64,000 nt of DNA from Limisphaerales bacterium (GCA_044361365.1 JBIKIW010000001.1:2501-66500), one strand, 5' to 3'; counted from the first letter of the stretch, positions 14,547-23,276 are shown. Made by a program: numbers and translations. Notes: generated by a model not told the origin, from the letters alone.

Positions 14547-17360
14547 TTACTTCGCCTCATTTTCCAAGATTTCAGCTGGAACTAGATCTGGAGTGACTTT
14601 GAAAATGGTTCGGGAAACTTCTTTATCTACCTCTTGTAAAAGATTGATGAAAATGTTTAAACCTTCTTCTTTAAATTCAGTAAGAGGGTCTTTTTGAGAG
14701 TAACCTCGAAGTCGTACAGCATCTTGTAAATGTTCGATTGTTACCAAATGTTCTGTCCACAAAATATCGATTGCTCGTAGGAAAATAAACCTAACCATCG
14801 CACCTTTTTCTACAGGAGTGTAGTCAGTCCATCTTTTATTCATTTGGAATTTGATTTTATCAAACAAAAAGCTAGCTACTCTTTTGTATTTGTATCTTTC
14901 ATCTTTCATCAAAACTTCCAAAATTTCCGAGTCAAAATCATGTAAAGAAACAACACTTTTTAGATCTTCGCTGGTAGTTTTTAGCTCTTTTTGGTAAATT
15001 TCAGCATTTTTTCTTTTTGGTGGCTGCACTTGACTTACAGCTCGTAAAGTTTCTCTTTGTAAAGATTTTTCAACTTCATCTTGCCATTCAAAACCATCGT
15101 TTAAAAGTACTTTTTTGCGTCTAGCATAGATTACACTTCGTTGGCGATTGATTACATCATCGTATTCGGTAACGTGTTTACGGATATCAAAGTTTTGTCC
15201 TTCAATTTTCTTTTGAGCCTGTTCGATCAACCAAGAAAGCTGTCCATTAGAAATTGGTTCATCATCAGCAATTGGTAAAATACTGTAGTACCCAACTCGG
15301 TCTCCTCCAAAAATTCTGAGGATAAAATCTTGTAAAGAAACATAAAACTGACTTTCTCCTGGATCTCCTTGTCTTCCAGCTCTCCCTCGTAACTGGTTAT
15401 CAATTCTTCGGCTTTCGTGCCTCTCACTTCCAATTACGTGCAAACCCCCTAAGCTTTTAACTTCTTCGTGTTTCTCTCTCCAATCTTCCATTTTTTCATG
15501 ATTTTCTGGTGGCTCGCCTCCAAGCTTGATGTCAATTCCACGACCTGCAATGTTGGTAGCTAAAGTTACAGCTCCTTTTTTACCAGCTTCAGCGATAATT
15601 CGGGCTTCTTGTTCGTGGTTTTTAGCGTTTAATAGTTGGTATTTTACCCCAGCTTCATCAAGATATTTAGCAAGTAGCGAATTTTTCTCGATGGAAGTTG
15701 TGCCAATCAAAATTGGCTGACCCTTAGCATTAATAGCTTTTACGTCTCTAGCAATTGCTTTGAATTTACCGTCTTCAGTTTTGAAAATTTTATCAACAAA
15801 ATCTTTTCTCACAATCGGTTTGTTTGTTGGGATTGTAACTACCAAAAGTTTGTAAATTTTGAACAATTCCTCTGATTCAGTGCTAGCAGTTCCAGTCATT
15901 CCGGCTAGTTTTTTGTATAATCGGAAGTAGTTTTGGAAGGTGATCGAGGCTGTAGTTTTGCTTTCTGGTTGAATATTTAGACCTTCTTTAGCTTCGATAG
16001 CCTGGTGTAAACCTTCGTTGTAACGACGACCAAACATCAATCGACCTGTGTTTTCATCTACAATAATAATTTCTCCATCTTTAGCGACATACTCTTTTTC
16101 TCGTTTAAATAGAGCTTGAGCCTTTAAAGCTTGGTTAAGGTGATGAACAATGGTTACATTTTCTACAGAATCGTATAAATGAGTAATGTTTAACATTCTT
16201 TCAATTTTCTCAACTCCTAATTCGGTTAGGGTTACAGTTCGGCGTTTTTCATCTACATCGTAGTCAAGATCTGGGTTTATTTTTGCAACAATTTTGGCGA
16301 AGTTTTTGTATTCTTCTGAAGAGTCTTTATCTTGAGCTGAGATGATAAGGGGAGTTCTGGCTTCGTCGATTAAAATAGAGTCAACTTCATCTACAATAGC
16401 TACATGGTGACCAGCTTTTTGAGATATTTCGCTAGGTGTGTTTGCCATGTTGTCACGCAAATAATCAAATCCAAATTCGGAATTTACTCCATAAACAATA
16501 TCGACAGGCTTATCTGCTTTTTCATCAAAATAAGCTCGTTTTCGATCGCAAGGAATAAGGTGTTTTACGTCCAAAACCGTGCGTGATTCTTGTTTCTCAC
16601 CATCTTCGTATGTTTCCAAAAGTCCAGCAGCTCGTTTCTTTTCAGAATTTTCATCACTCCCAGCTCCAAGTTTAAAGTAAAAACTAGCCTGGTTTTGAAT
16701 AACTCCAACAGTTAGTCCCAAAAAATTGTAAATTTGACCCATCCAGCTAGCACCAACACGAGCAAGGTAGTCATTTACAGTAACCAAGTGAACTTGATTT
16801 TTTTCAGGTAAAGCGTTTAGATAACCAACCAAGGTTGATACCAAAGTTTTTCCTTCTCCAGTACGCATTTCAGCAACCCGTCCTTCATGAAGCACCATTG
16901 CTCCAATAAGTTGAACAGGAAAGTGTTTTTGACCGATTGTACGGTGAGCCGCTTCTCTAACTACTGCAAAAGCCTCAGGTAAAAGCTCTTTTAGTTTCTT
17001 TTCAATTTCTTTTTCATCTTTAATCCCTTTCATGCGGTTTCGAAATTCTTGGGTCTTCCCTCTTAATTCCTCATCTGACAAAGCTTTAGTTTTTTCATCC
17101 AAATCCAAAACTTGTTGCACTACCGAATCGTACCTACCAATTTCTTTTTTCTCTCCAACTACACTACTAAAAAACTTGGAAATAAGACCTTTGTTTTTAT
17201 CGTTATGAGTGGTGGTTTTGTAGCTTATTGAGGTAGATTCTGGTTTAATTTCAGCAGAAATTTCTACTTTCATTTTTGGTTCTGTTTCGGTGATTTTGTC
17301 AGAAACTGGCTTCTTGGAAACAACTTTTTTGTGCTTTTTAGTCGTAGTAGTTTTATTCAT
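14547..17360 (-). CDS. secA: Preprotein translocase ATPase SecA
   Basis: MRTGEGKTLV Walker A, DEVDSILIDEARTPLIIS, TNIAGRGIDIKLGG, and the C-terminal HWD/IRA regions. It has a Lys/Thr-rich N-terminal extension of about 58 aa. Confidence 0.95.
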   Translation of the reverse strand: MNKTTTTKKHKKVVSKKPVSDKITETEPKMKVEISAEIKPESTSISYKTTTHNDKNKGLISKFFSSVVGEKKEIGRYDSVVQQVLDLDEKTKALSDEELRGKTQEFRNRMKGIKDEKEIEKKLKELLPEAFAVVREAAHRTIGQKHFPVQLIGAMVLHEGRVAEMRTGEGKTLVSTLVGYLNALPEKNQVHLVTVNDYLARVGASWMGQIYNFLGLTVGVIQNQASFYFKLGAGSDENSEKKRAAGLLETYEDGEKQESRTVLDVKHLIPCDRKRAYFDEKADKPVDIVYGVNSEFGFDYLRDNMANTPSEISQKAGHHVAIVDEVDSILIDEARTPLIISAQDKDSSEEYKNFAKIVAKINPDLDYDVDEKRRTVTLTELGVEKIERMLNITHLYDSVENVTIVHHLNQALKAQALFKREKEYVAKDGEIIIVDENTGRLMFGRRYNEGLHQAIEAKEGLNIQPESKTTASITFQNYFRLYKKLAGMTGTASTESEELFKIYKLLVVTIPTNKPIVRKDFVDKIFKTEDGKFKAIARDVKAINAKGQPILIGTTSIEKNSLLAKYLDEAGVKYQLLNAKNHEQEARIIAEAGKKGAVTLATNIAGRGIDIKLGGEPPENHEKMEDWREKHEEVKSLGGLHVIGSERHESRRIDNQLRGRAGRQGDPGESQFYVSLQDFILRIFGGDRVGYYSILPIADDEPISNGQLSWLIEQAQKKIEGQNFDIRKHVTEYDDVINRQRSVIYARRKKVLLNDGFEWQDEVEKSLQRETLRAVSQVQPPKRKNAEIYQKELKTTSEDLKSVVSLHDFDSEILEVLMKDERYKYKRVASFLFDKIKFQMNKRWTDYTPVEKGAMVRFIFLRAIDILWTEHLVTIEHLQDAVRLRGYSQKDPLTEFKEEGLNIFINLLQEVDKEVSRTIFKVTPDLVPAEILENEAK

Positions 17361-17613
17361 AACTAGATGATAGTAAATAATTTGGGAATTTGCTTTGGAG
17401 GTTGCTTTGGTACAGTTATTTTGTCAAGAAGTAAAGTAATAGTCGGTTGATTTAGATTAGGCTTTTGAAAATTGTGTCGCTTGTTTGATTTAATGAGAAA
17501 AGCTGTTTGATAAATTATTTTTGGGTTTGTTTAAAAAACGATGAAATGCGAAGTTAGTAGATTTAAGTTTTTGACTTTGACGAAGAAAAATAAACCGCAT
17601 AGCAGTTATTTAT

Positions 17614-20600
17614 ATGCCAAAAGATCTTCACCTTTTTGATAGTTACCAAAGAAAAGTTTTGCCGATCCAGTGCAGCGAAGAAGATAAACTAAAAATTTAC
17701 GGCTGTGGTCCAACAGTATATAATTATCAGTCTATTGGAAACATGCGAGCAGTCTGGTTACCGGATACAATTTCAAAAGTTGCTAAAATTGCCGGGTACA
17801 AAACTGAGTGGGTTAGTAACATTACCGATGTTGGGCATTTGGTGGATGATGGAGACGATGGTGAAGACAAAATCGAGAAAGGTGCCAAGCGAGAGCAAAA
17901 AACCGTGGAGGAAATTATCAACTTTTATGTACAAGATTTTAAGGATCAGTGCGGGGCATTAAACTTTGATTTGCCAGCTGGAAAATACCAACCAAAAGCT
18001 ACACAATATATTGGTGAACAAATGGTTTTGGCTTTGGAGCTACTGCGAGATGGGAAAGCTTACCTGACAGATGACGGGATTTATTTTGAGAATATCCCAC
18101 CAGATACAACATCTCCCCAACCCTTGTGGAACAGAGAAACACCCCCCCAACCCCCTTCAAAGGGGGAGTACATCAAGCTTACTAGTGTTCTTGAGGATAG
18201 GGATGTGTATTCTTCTACCTTTAGCCACCCCCCCAGCCTTCAAAGGGGGAGTACAAAGTCTAGGTTAGAACTTGCTCGGGAACACAAATTAAACAAAGAA
18301 GGTTGGGATTTTGTAGTTTATAACAATAAGTTGAATAAGTTTTCTAAAGAAATGCGAAAAAACCCCACGAAAGCGGAGAAAAAGTTTTGGGATGTTGTCC
18401 GTAAAGATAAGTTGTTGGGTGAATTTACCTGGAATCGACAAAAACCTATAGATAATTTTATAGCTGATTTTTACTGTAGGGAGTTGAAAGTGGTTATTGA
18501 AATTGATGGAGGTGTGCATAATTCTGAGCAAGCCAAAGGCTACGATAATGAGAGGGATAATATCCTAAGAGGTTTAGGTTTAGAAATGCTTAGATTTACA
18601 AATGATGAAATACTAGTTAATCCAAATTCAGTTTTGGCACAAATAAATGATTGGGCTAACTTATCACCTACGAGCTTTCAAGTCGAGAATACCCCCCCCT
18701 TGAGGGGGGTTGGGGGGATGTCTCCATTAAAGGGGTTAAGCCAAATTATTGAAACGATTCAAAATCTCCAAAAAGAAAAACCAAACAAACCTTTGATAAT
18801 AACTATCGACGGGCGAGGTGGGAGTGGAAAGTCAACTTTTGCTGAAAAATTGATTGAACTAATCCCAAATTCAGCTGCAATTGAACAAGACAAATTTTTG
18901 GAATTTATGAAAGGAATGGATACCAAATCTGACTCCTGGAACCATCGAAATTTTGAATTAGATAAACAATCTTTGCAGGAAGAATTGGAAAATCACAAAG
19001 ATAAAAAAGTGATAATCCTAGAAGGCATAAAAAGTTTTGCAAATATTGAATCTGATCTAAAAATTTGGCTTGATTCTAGTCAAAAAGATAACAAACAAAG
19101 AGCTAAAAAAAGAGATGTAAAAGGTGAAGTAAATTCAGATGGTTTTGAAATATTTTGGCAGGAGTTTGAGGTACATTCTCAAAAATATATTCAGGATTTT
19201 AAACCCGAGGAAAAAGCTGATTTCATAGTTTCGATAGAAGGTGATGGGTATGAGGTAATTTCAACTGATGACACAGAACTCGAAAAAATAGTTGGTACTA
19301 TTAATCGACTCAAAAAAGATAAAGGTGATAAACCAATTATAATAGCTATTGATGGTCGAGGCGGGAGTGGAAAGTCAATTTTAAGTAAGAAAATAGCTGA
19401 AAATCTCGAGGATGTAGAAGTTTTAGAATGTGATGATTTTTTTGATTTTGAAAAGCTAGATGAAAAGGTTTTTTTCTGGGATAAAGAAAGATTTAAAACT
19501 CAAATTCTAATACCACTGACTCAAGGCAAAGAAGCTATCTTTGAAAGCAATAATTGGATAGATCAAAAACTAGTCGGTAAAATAAATAAAACTGTGCAAT
19601 CAAAAAAATTTATTATACTTGATGGTTTGTGTACTTTGCAACAAGATTTGATCAAGTATTACGATCTTAATATTTGGGTTGAAAAAGAATTAGAATCATC
19701 ACTTCATGCCGCTAAAACACGAGATGTAAATGAGAGAAATAGAGCAGAACAAGAATTTCATGAATTGTGGGATAAATGGATTCCAGTTCAAGAGAAATAT
19801 ATCAATTTAGTAAAACCCCAGGAAAAAGCTGATATTATTATTTCTACTGAAAATGGTGGGTATGAGATTTTGGAAGATAGAACCAATCAAAACTACACCG
19901 GTCGTAACATAATCCAAACCGAAAAAAGAAATCCGCATGATTTTGCTTTGTGGAAATTTGTATCCGAAAATAGTTTGCAAAAATGGAAGTTTAATCAGTT
20001 TGAAAATACTGAAGATTTGATGATTGAGATTATTCAAACCCTCGATTCTAAAGATTACGATTTACCAAATAGATGGGGTTGCCCTGGTTGGCACAGTGAG
20101 TGCGTGGCGATGATTAGTGAGATACTTGGGCATCAGAGATTTTCTGGAAAGTTTGGGCATCTTCTCAAAGATAATTTGTATGAAATCGACATTCATACCG
20201 GCGGCGAAGATCATATCGATATTCACCACAAAAATGAAATTTTACAATCCAAAGCTCTTGGTTTTCATTTGTCCAAATATTGGGTTCACAACAAATTTGT
20301 GCTGGTTGATGCTAAAAAAATGAGTAAGAGTTTGGGGAATGTTTTTTTGGTTAAAGGCGATTTTAAAACAACAGGTTTTTATAGTTTCCAAAACCCGCCA
20401 ACTCAAGATTTTAGCGAGGAGTTTAAACAGCAGATTATTAAGAAATATAAGGAGCTGAAAATTTATGATTTGAATAAAAATCTAAGTGAAGTAGAAATAC
20501 CCCGTCAGTCTATGACTGCCACCCCTTCGCAAGCAAAGGGGAATATGGAGTTTGAAGAACAGTCCAAAAAAGAAAGTGTATTTTGGCAGAATTTTAGTTT

Positions 20601-21120
20601 CGACCCCATTGCTTACAGGTTGATGCTAATGGAACATCACTACACTGAACAGATGAATTTTACCTGGGAAAAGCTTTGGCAAAGCCAAATGAGACTCTGG
20701 AATTTGCGAAAAGATGCTGCTAGAATTATCAGTTTTGCAACTCAAAATAAAACTAAACCAGAAACCGATCAAAAACAAATTCAAATACTTTTGGACTATC
20801 TTTTAGATAATTTAGATACACCAAAATTTGTGGAAAAATACCAGAACTTTTTGGGAGATGTTATAAATGAAATTGCAAAAAATAATGTTTTAAACCCTAA
20901 AAATTTGGGAGCAATTCTATTTTGGGAAAAGGAACTTTTGAAGTTAAATTTTAATCCAAAAATATCACCTGAAGTTATTGAGTTAATCGAGCAAAGGCAA
21001 GAGGCAAAAATTGCCAAAGATTATCAAAAATCTGATCAAATTAGAGTTCAAATTCAGGCTCAAAATCTGCAAGTTGATGATTATAGTTGGGGTAGTGGAG
21101 TTTGGAAGAGATTAAATTAA
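17614..21120 (+). CDS. cysS: Cysteinyl-tRNA synthetase with two large in-frame insertions
   Basis: CysRS motifs: YGCGPTVYNY, RNPHDFALWK, GCPGWHSEC, DIHTGGEDHIDIHHKNE, KKMSKSLGN, MEHHYTEQMNF. The ORF is interrupted in frame at 18097-19890 (598 codons) and at about 20365-20592 (76 codons). Confidence 0.9.
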   Translation: MPKDLHLFDSYQRKVLPIQCSEEDKLKIYGCGPTVYNYQSIGNMRAVWLPDTISKVAKIAGYKTEWVSNITDVGHLVDDGDDGEDKIEKGAKREQKTVEEIINFYVQDFKDQCGALNFDLPAGKYQPKATQYIGEQMVLALELLRDGKAYLTDDGIYFENIPPDTTSPQPLWNRETPPQPPSKGEYIKLTSVLEDRDVYSSTFSHPPSLQRGSTKSRLELAREHKLNKEGWDFVVYNNKLNKFSKEMRKNPTKAEKKFWDVVRKDKLLGEFTWNRQKPIDNFIADFYCRELKVVIEIDGGVHNSEQAKGYDNERDNILRGLGLEMLRFTNDEILVNPNSVLAQINDWANLSPTSFQVENTPPLRGVGGMSPLKGLSQIIETIQNLQKEKPNKPLIITIDGRGGSGKSTFAEKLIELIPNSAAIEQDKFLEFMKGMDTKSDSWNHRNFELDKQSLQEELENHKDKKVIILEGIKSFANIESDLKIWLDSSQKDNKQRAKKRDVKGEVNSDGFEIFWQEFEVHSQKYIQDFKPEEKADFIVSIEGDGYEVISTDDTELEKIVGTINRLKKDKGDKPIIIAIDGRGGSGKSILSKKIAENLEDVEVLECDDFFDFEKLDEKVFFWDKERFKTQILIPLTQGKEAIFESNNWIDQKLVGKINKTVQSKKFIILDGLCTLQQDLIKYYDLNIWVEKELESSLHAAKTRDVNERNRAEQEFHELWDKWIPVQEKYINLVKPQEKADIIISTENGGYEILEDRTNQNYTGRNIIQTEKRNPHDFALWKFVSENSLQKWKFNQFENTEDLMIEIIQTLDSKDYDLPNRWGCPGWHSECVAMISEILGHQRFSGKFGHLLKDNLYEIDIHTGGEDHIDIHHKNEILQSKALGFHLSKYWVHNKFVLVDAKKMSKSLGNVFLVKGDFKTTGFYSFQNPPTQDFSEEFKQQIIKKYKELKIYDLNKNLSEVEIPRQSMTATPSQAKGNMEFEEQSKKESVFWQNFSFDPIAYRLMLMEHHYTEQMNFTWEKLWQSQMRLWNLRKDAARIISFATQNKTKPETDQKQIQILLDYLLDNLDTPKFVEKYQNFLGDVINEIAKNNVLNPKNLGAILFWEKELLKLNFNPKISPEVIELIEQRQEAKIAKDYQKSDQIRVQIQAQNLQVDDYSWGSGVWKRLN
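18140..18168 (+). repeat. Left terminal inverted repeat with internal hairpin cccccttcaaaggggg
   Basis: Read directly from the sequence; the hairpin spans 18151-18166. Confidence 0.7.
18226..18255 (+). repeat. Second, direct partial copy of the left repeat
   Basis: The 19-mer ccttcaaagggggagtaca is shared between 18154-18172 and 18237-18255. Confidence 0.7.
18691..18720 (-). repeat. Right terminal inverted repeat
   Basis: The sequence accccccccttgaggggggttggggggatg is the reverse-complement match to 18140-18168. Confidence 0.7.
20497..20544 (+). repeat. GC-rich two-hairpin element (about 48 nt), copy 1, in frame inside cysS
   Basis: ataCCCCGTCAGTCtatGACTGCCACCCCTTcgcaagcAAAGGGGAAt. The same architecture occurs at 34125-34172 and 34260-34310 on the opposite strand. 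Confidence 0.7.
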
Positions 21121-21122
21121 AT

Positions 21123-22136
21123 ATGAAAAAAATAATTTTTGTTTTTATTGTTTTATTACTATTAGCTTTATTTGTATTCGGTGGTTTTGTGCTGTATAAG
21201 AAATTTAAAATATCCGAAAACCAAAAGTCAGTAGCTAAAGTCTTTAACAACGAAATAAATGTTCAAAGAATTAAACCATCTCAAACTGATAAAGAAATTA
21301 ACGATCCGAATAATGATTATCTTGTGGCAACTTCTAAAATTTCAGAAAAAACAAATAAACTGGTTATTTTTCTTCCAGGGACTTTTGGCAATCCTGATGA
21401 CTACTCCTTGCTAAACTCATGGTTAGCAGATCAAGGTTATTATAGTATTTCTATTAGTTATCCAAATGATTCTGCAGTTGTGAGTGTTTGTAAAAACAGC
21501 TTTGACGAAGATTGTGCTGGTAAAATCAGAGAAGAGCGTTTTAGCGGCAAAGACAAAAGTGAATTGGTAAAAGTTAGCCAGTCTAATTCAATTGAAAATC
21601 GTATTCAAAAACTTTTAGTATACCTTAAGAAAAATGATAAAAACAACAACTGGTCACAGTTTTTAAAAAATGATGAGACTAATTGGTCAAATATTATTGT
21701 TTCTGGACATTCTCAGGGTGGTGGGATGGTAGCCTACATAGCTAAAAAAAGATTGGTTGATAGGGCGGTTATGTTTTCAGGGCCTGGAGATTGGGATTAC
21801 AAAACCGAAAAATCTTCTAAATGGCTTTACGAATCAAGTATAACTCCAGCAAACCGGTATTTTACAGTTAGGCACGTAAAAGAACCATCAACAGAAATCA
21901 TTCAGTCGAATTTTGAAGCTTTGGGTTTGTCAGAATTTGGTCCTGAAAAAGAATATACAGATTATTCTAGTCTAAATAATACACATCGGATATTACTAAA
22001 AATTGAACCAAAAGAAGCTAGTATAGGGATTTTTAACAATTTTCACTCTGCATCAGTTACTGACAAATTTACTCCAGTTGATAAAGATGGCAAGCCCATT
22101 TTAAATGATGTTTGGAAGTTTTTATTTTCAACCTAA
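21123..22136 (+). CDS. Secreted or membrane-anchored alpha/beta hydrolase
   Basis: Start at the ATG at 21123 (MKKIIFVFIVLLLLALFVF signal/anchor). Nucleophile elbow GHSQGG. Confidence 0.7.
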   Translation: MKKIIFVFIVLLLLALFVFGGFVLYKKFKISENQKSVAKVFNNEINVQRIKPSQTDKEINDPNNDYLVATSKISEKTNKLVIFLPGTFGNPDDYSLLNSWLADQGYYSISISYPNDSAVVSVCKNSFDEDCAGKIREERFSGKDKSELVKVSQSNSIENRIQKLLVYLKKNDKNNNWSQFLKNDETNWSNIIVSGHSQGGGMVAYIAKKRLVDRAVMFSGPGDWDYKTEKSSKWLYESSITPANRYFTVRHVKEPSTEIIQSNFEALGLSEFGPEKEYTDYSSLNNTHRILLKIEPKEASIGIFNNFHSASVTDKFTPVDKDGKPILNDVWKFLFST

Positions 22137-22161
22137 AGTTAATTCTATTTACTATTCTAAC

Positions 22162-22189
22162 TTGACAACCATACAACCAAAAGTATAAG
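22162..22189 (+). promoter_or_regulatory. Candidate promoter
   Basis: TTGACA (22162-22167), a 16-nt spacer, then TATAAG (22184-22189), upstream of the ORF at 22221. Confidence 0.4.
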
Positions 22190-22220
22190 TGCTGTTTGTA
22201 GATAAGAATTCAAATACAAA

Positions 22221-22610
22221 ATGCAAACTAAAAATTCTTCAAGCTTATCGAAAGTTAGTACCTATTCTTTAATAGTTAGTTTAGCTTTGGTTTTGTTTTC
22301 TTTAATTTCCTCACTGATTAGTTTTGTAGGCTCTTTTTTTATTTTTCAGTTTGGTTTTAAAGATAAATTTCTAGCTTTAGATTATACTCAGAAACTTAGC
22401 TCTGGTATTTTGGTGGTTGCTATTTTGATGGGGATTTCTTTATTTTCAGCCAACAATTTTTTGAGTGTTCGTATGGAAGAGATTGAAGAAAGTGTAGGTT
22501 CGGTTTTATTATCGATTTTATCACTCATTTTATCAACTCTACTATTGGTTCTTTTTTATTTTTCTTTTAGCTATTTTATCAGCTATTTAAGTACTCGTTT
22601 TTGGTCATAA
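22221..22610 (+). CDS. Integral membrane protein, unknown function
   Basis: 129 aa with four hydrophobic segments. The stop is 1 nt from the next ATG. Confidence 0.6.
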   Translation: MQTKNSSSLSKVSTYSLIVSLALVLFSLISSLISFVGSFFIFQFGFKDKFLALDYTQKLSSGILVVAILMGISLFSANNFLSVRMEEIEESVGSVLLSILSLILSTLLLVLFYFSFSYFISYLSTRFWS

Positions 22611-22611
22611 T

Positions 22612-23151
22612 ATGAAATTTAGTAACAACTTCAACTTCAATAGACGCACACTTTCTTCGTATTATGTGTCTATCTTAATAAGTTATTTTTTGATTCAGCT
22701 GATCGAGCCGCTGGTTAGAAGTTGGACGATCTTTTTTGCTAGCTATTTTGCGGTATCAGACTCTACAGCTTTTTTGTCCACCGGCAGACAATGGGTTATT
22801 TTTTTCATAATTTGTTTGCTTATTTTGATTTTAGTTAGGCAGTTTATTGCTGAACCTTTGACACTTTTTGTTGATACAGATGACGGAAAAGGTTGGGAAG
22901 CCTCCATTTTAGTTTTAGTTTTGCTCGGGTTTTATGCTTATCTACTAAATCAAATTTTTGAATATCCTATGCCTCGTGAATGGTGGTCTCCAAGTTGGTT
23001 GGTGAGATTATTAGGTGGTTATAGAGCTACTTATTTACCAGGAATTGCTAGAGCTAGCTACCAAGAAGAGTGGTGGCTTTTACCTTGGTTTTGGTTTTTA
23101 GCTCCAATCGGGATAATATTTGCACGCACTAAGATTGCGATTAAAGAATAA
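22612..23151 (+). CDS. Integral membrane protein, Trp-rich, unknown function
   Basis: 179 aa with multiple TM segments, coupled to the preceding ORF. Confidence 0.6.
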   Translation: MKFSNNFNFNRRTLSSYYVSILISYFLIQLIEPLVRSWTIFFASYFAVSDSTAFLSTGRQWVIFFIICLLILILVRQFIAEPLTLFVDTDDGKGWEASILVLVLLGFYAYLLNQIFEYPMPREWWSPSWLVRLLGGYRATYLPGIARASYQEEWWLLPWFWFLAPIGIIFARTKIAIKE

Positions 23152-23247
23152 GTGGTGGTTAAATTTAATCAGATTAGGTTTTAATTATTTAAGATTTTGG
23201 TTACAAAAAAAACTAGAATTTTAAAGCTCTCAAGAGTTGTATTTTTC

Positions 23248-23276
23248 TTGACAAAACGCTGGTTTACAACTTTAAA
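23248..23276 (+). promoter_or_regulatory. Candidate promoter of tRNA-Leu
   Basis: TTGACA (23248-23253), a 17-nt spacer, then TTTAAA (23271-23276). Confidence 0.35.

Larger units (their letters stand above)
18140..18720 (+). mobile_element. DUF559 (Vsr-like endonuclease fold) module bounded by GC-rich imperfect inverted repeats, translated as part of cysS
   Basis: The left end cacccccccaacccccttcaaagggggag (18140-18168) matches the reverse complement of 18691-18720 at 25 of 29 positions. The interior encodes KNPTKAEKKFWDVVR...WNRQKPIDNFIADFYCRELKVVIEIDGGVH...ERDNILRGLGLEMLRFTNDEI, the DUF559 signature. Confidence 0.55.

Noticed and set aside
18097-19890. The cysS insertion as an intein
   Set aside because: The first insert residue is Pro and there is no His-Asn followed by Cys/Ser/Thr at the downstream junction. 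No Hint-domain blocks or LAGLIDADG/HNH motifs are present. The content is DUF559 plus P-loop modules.
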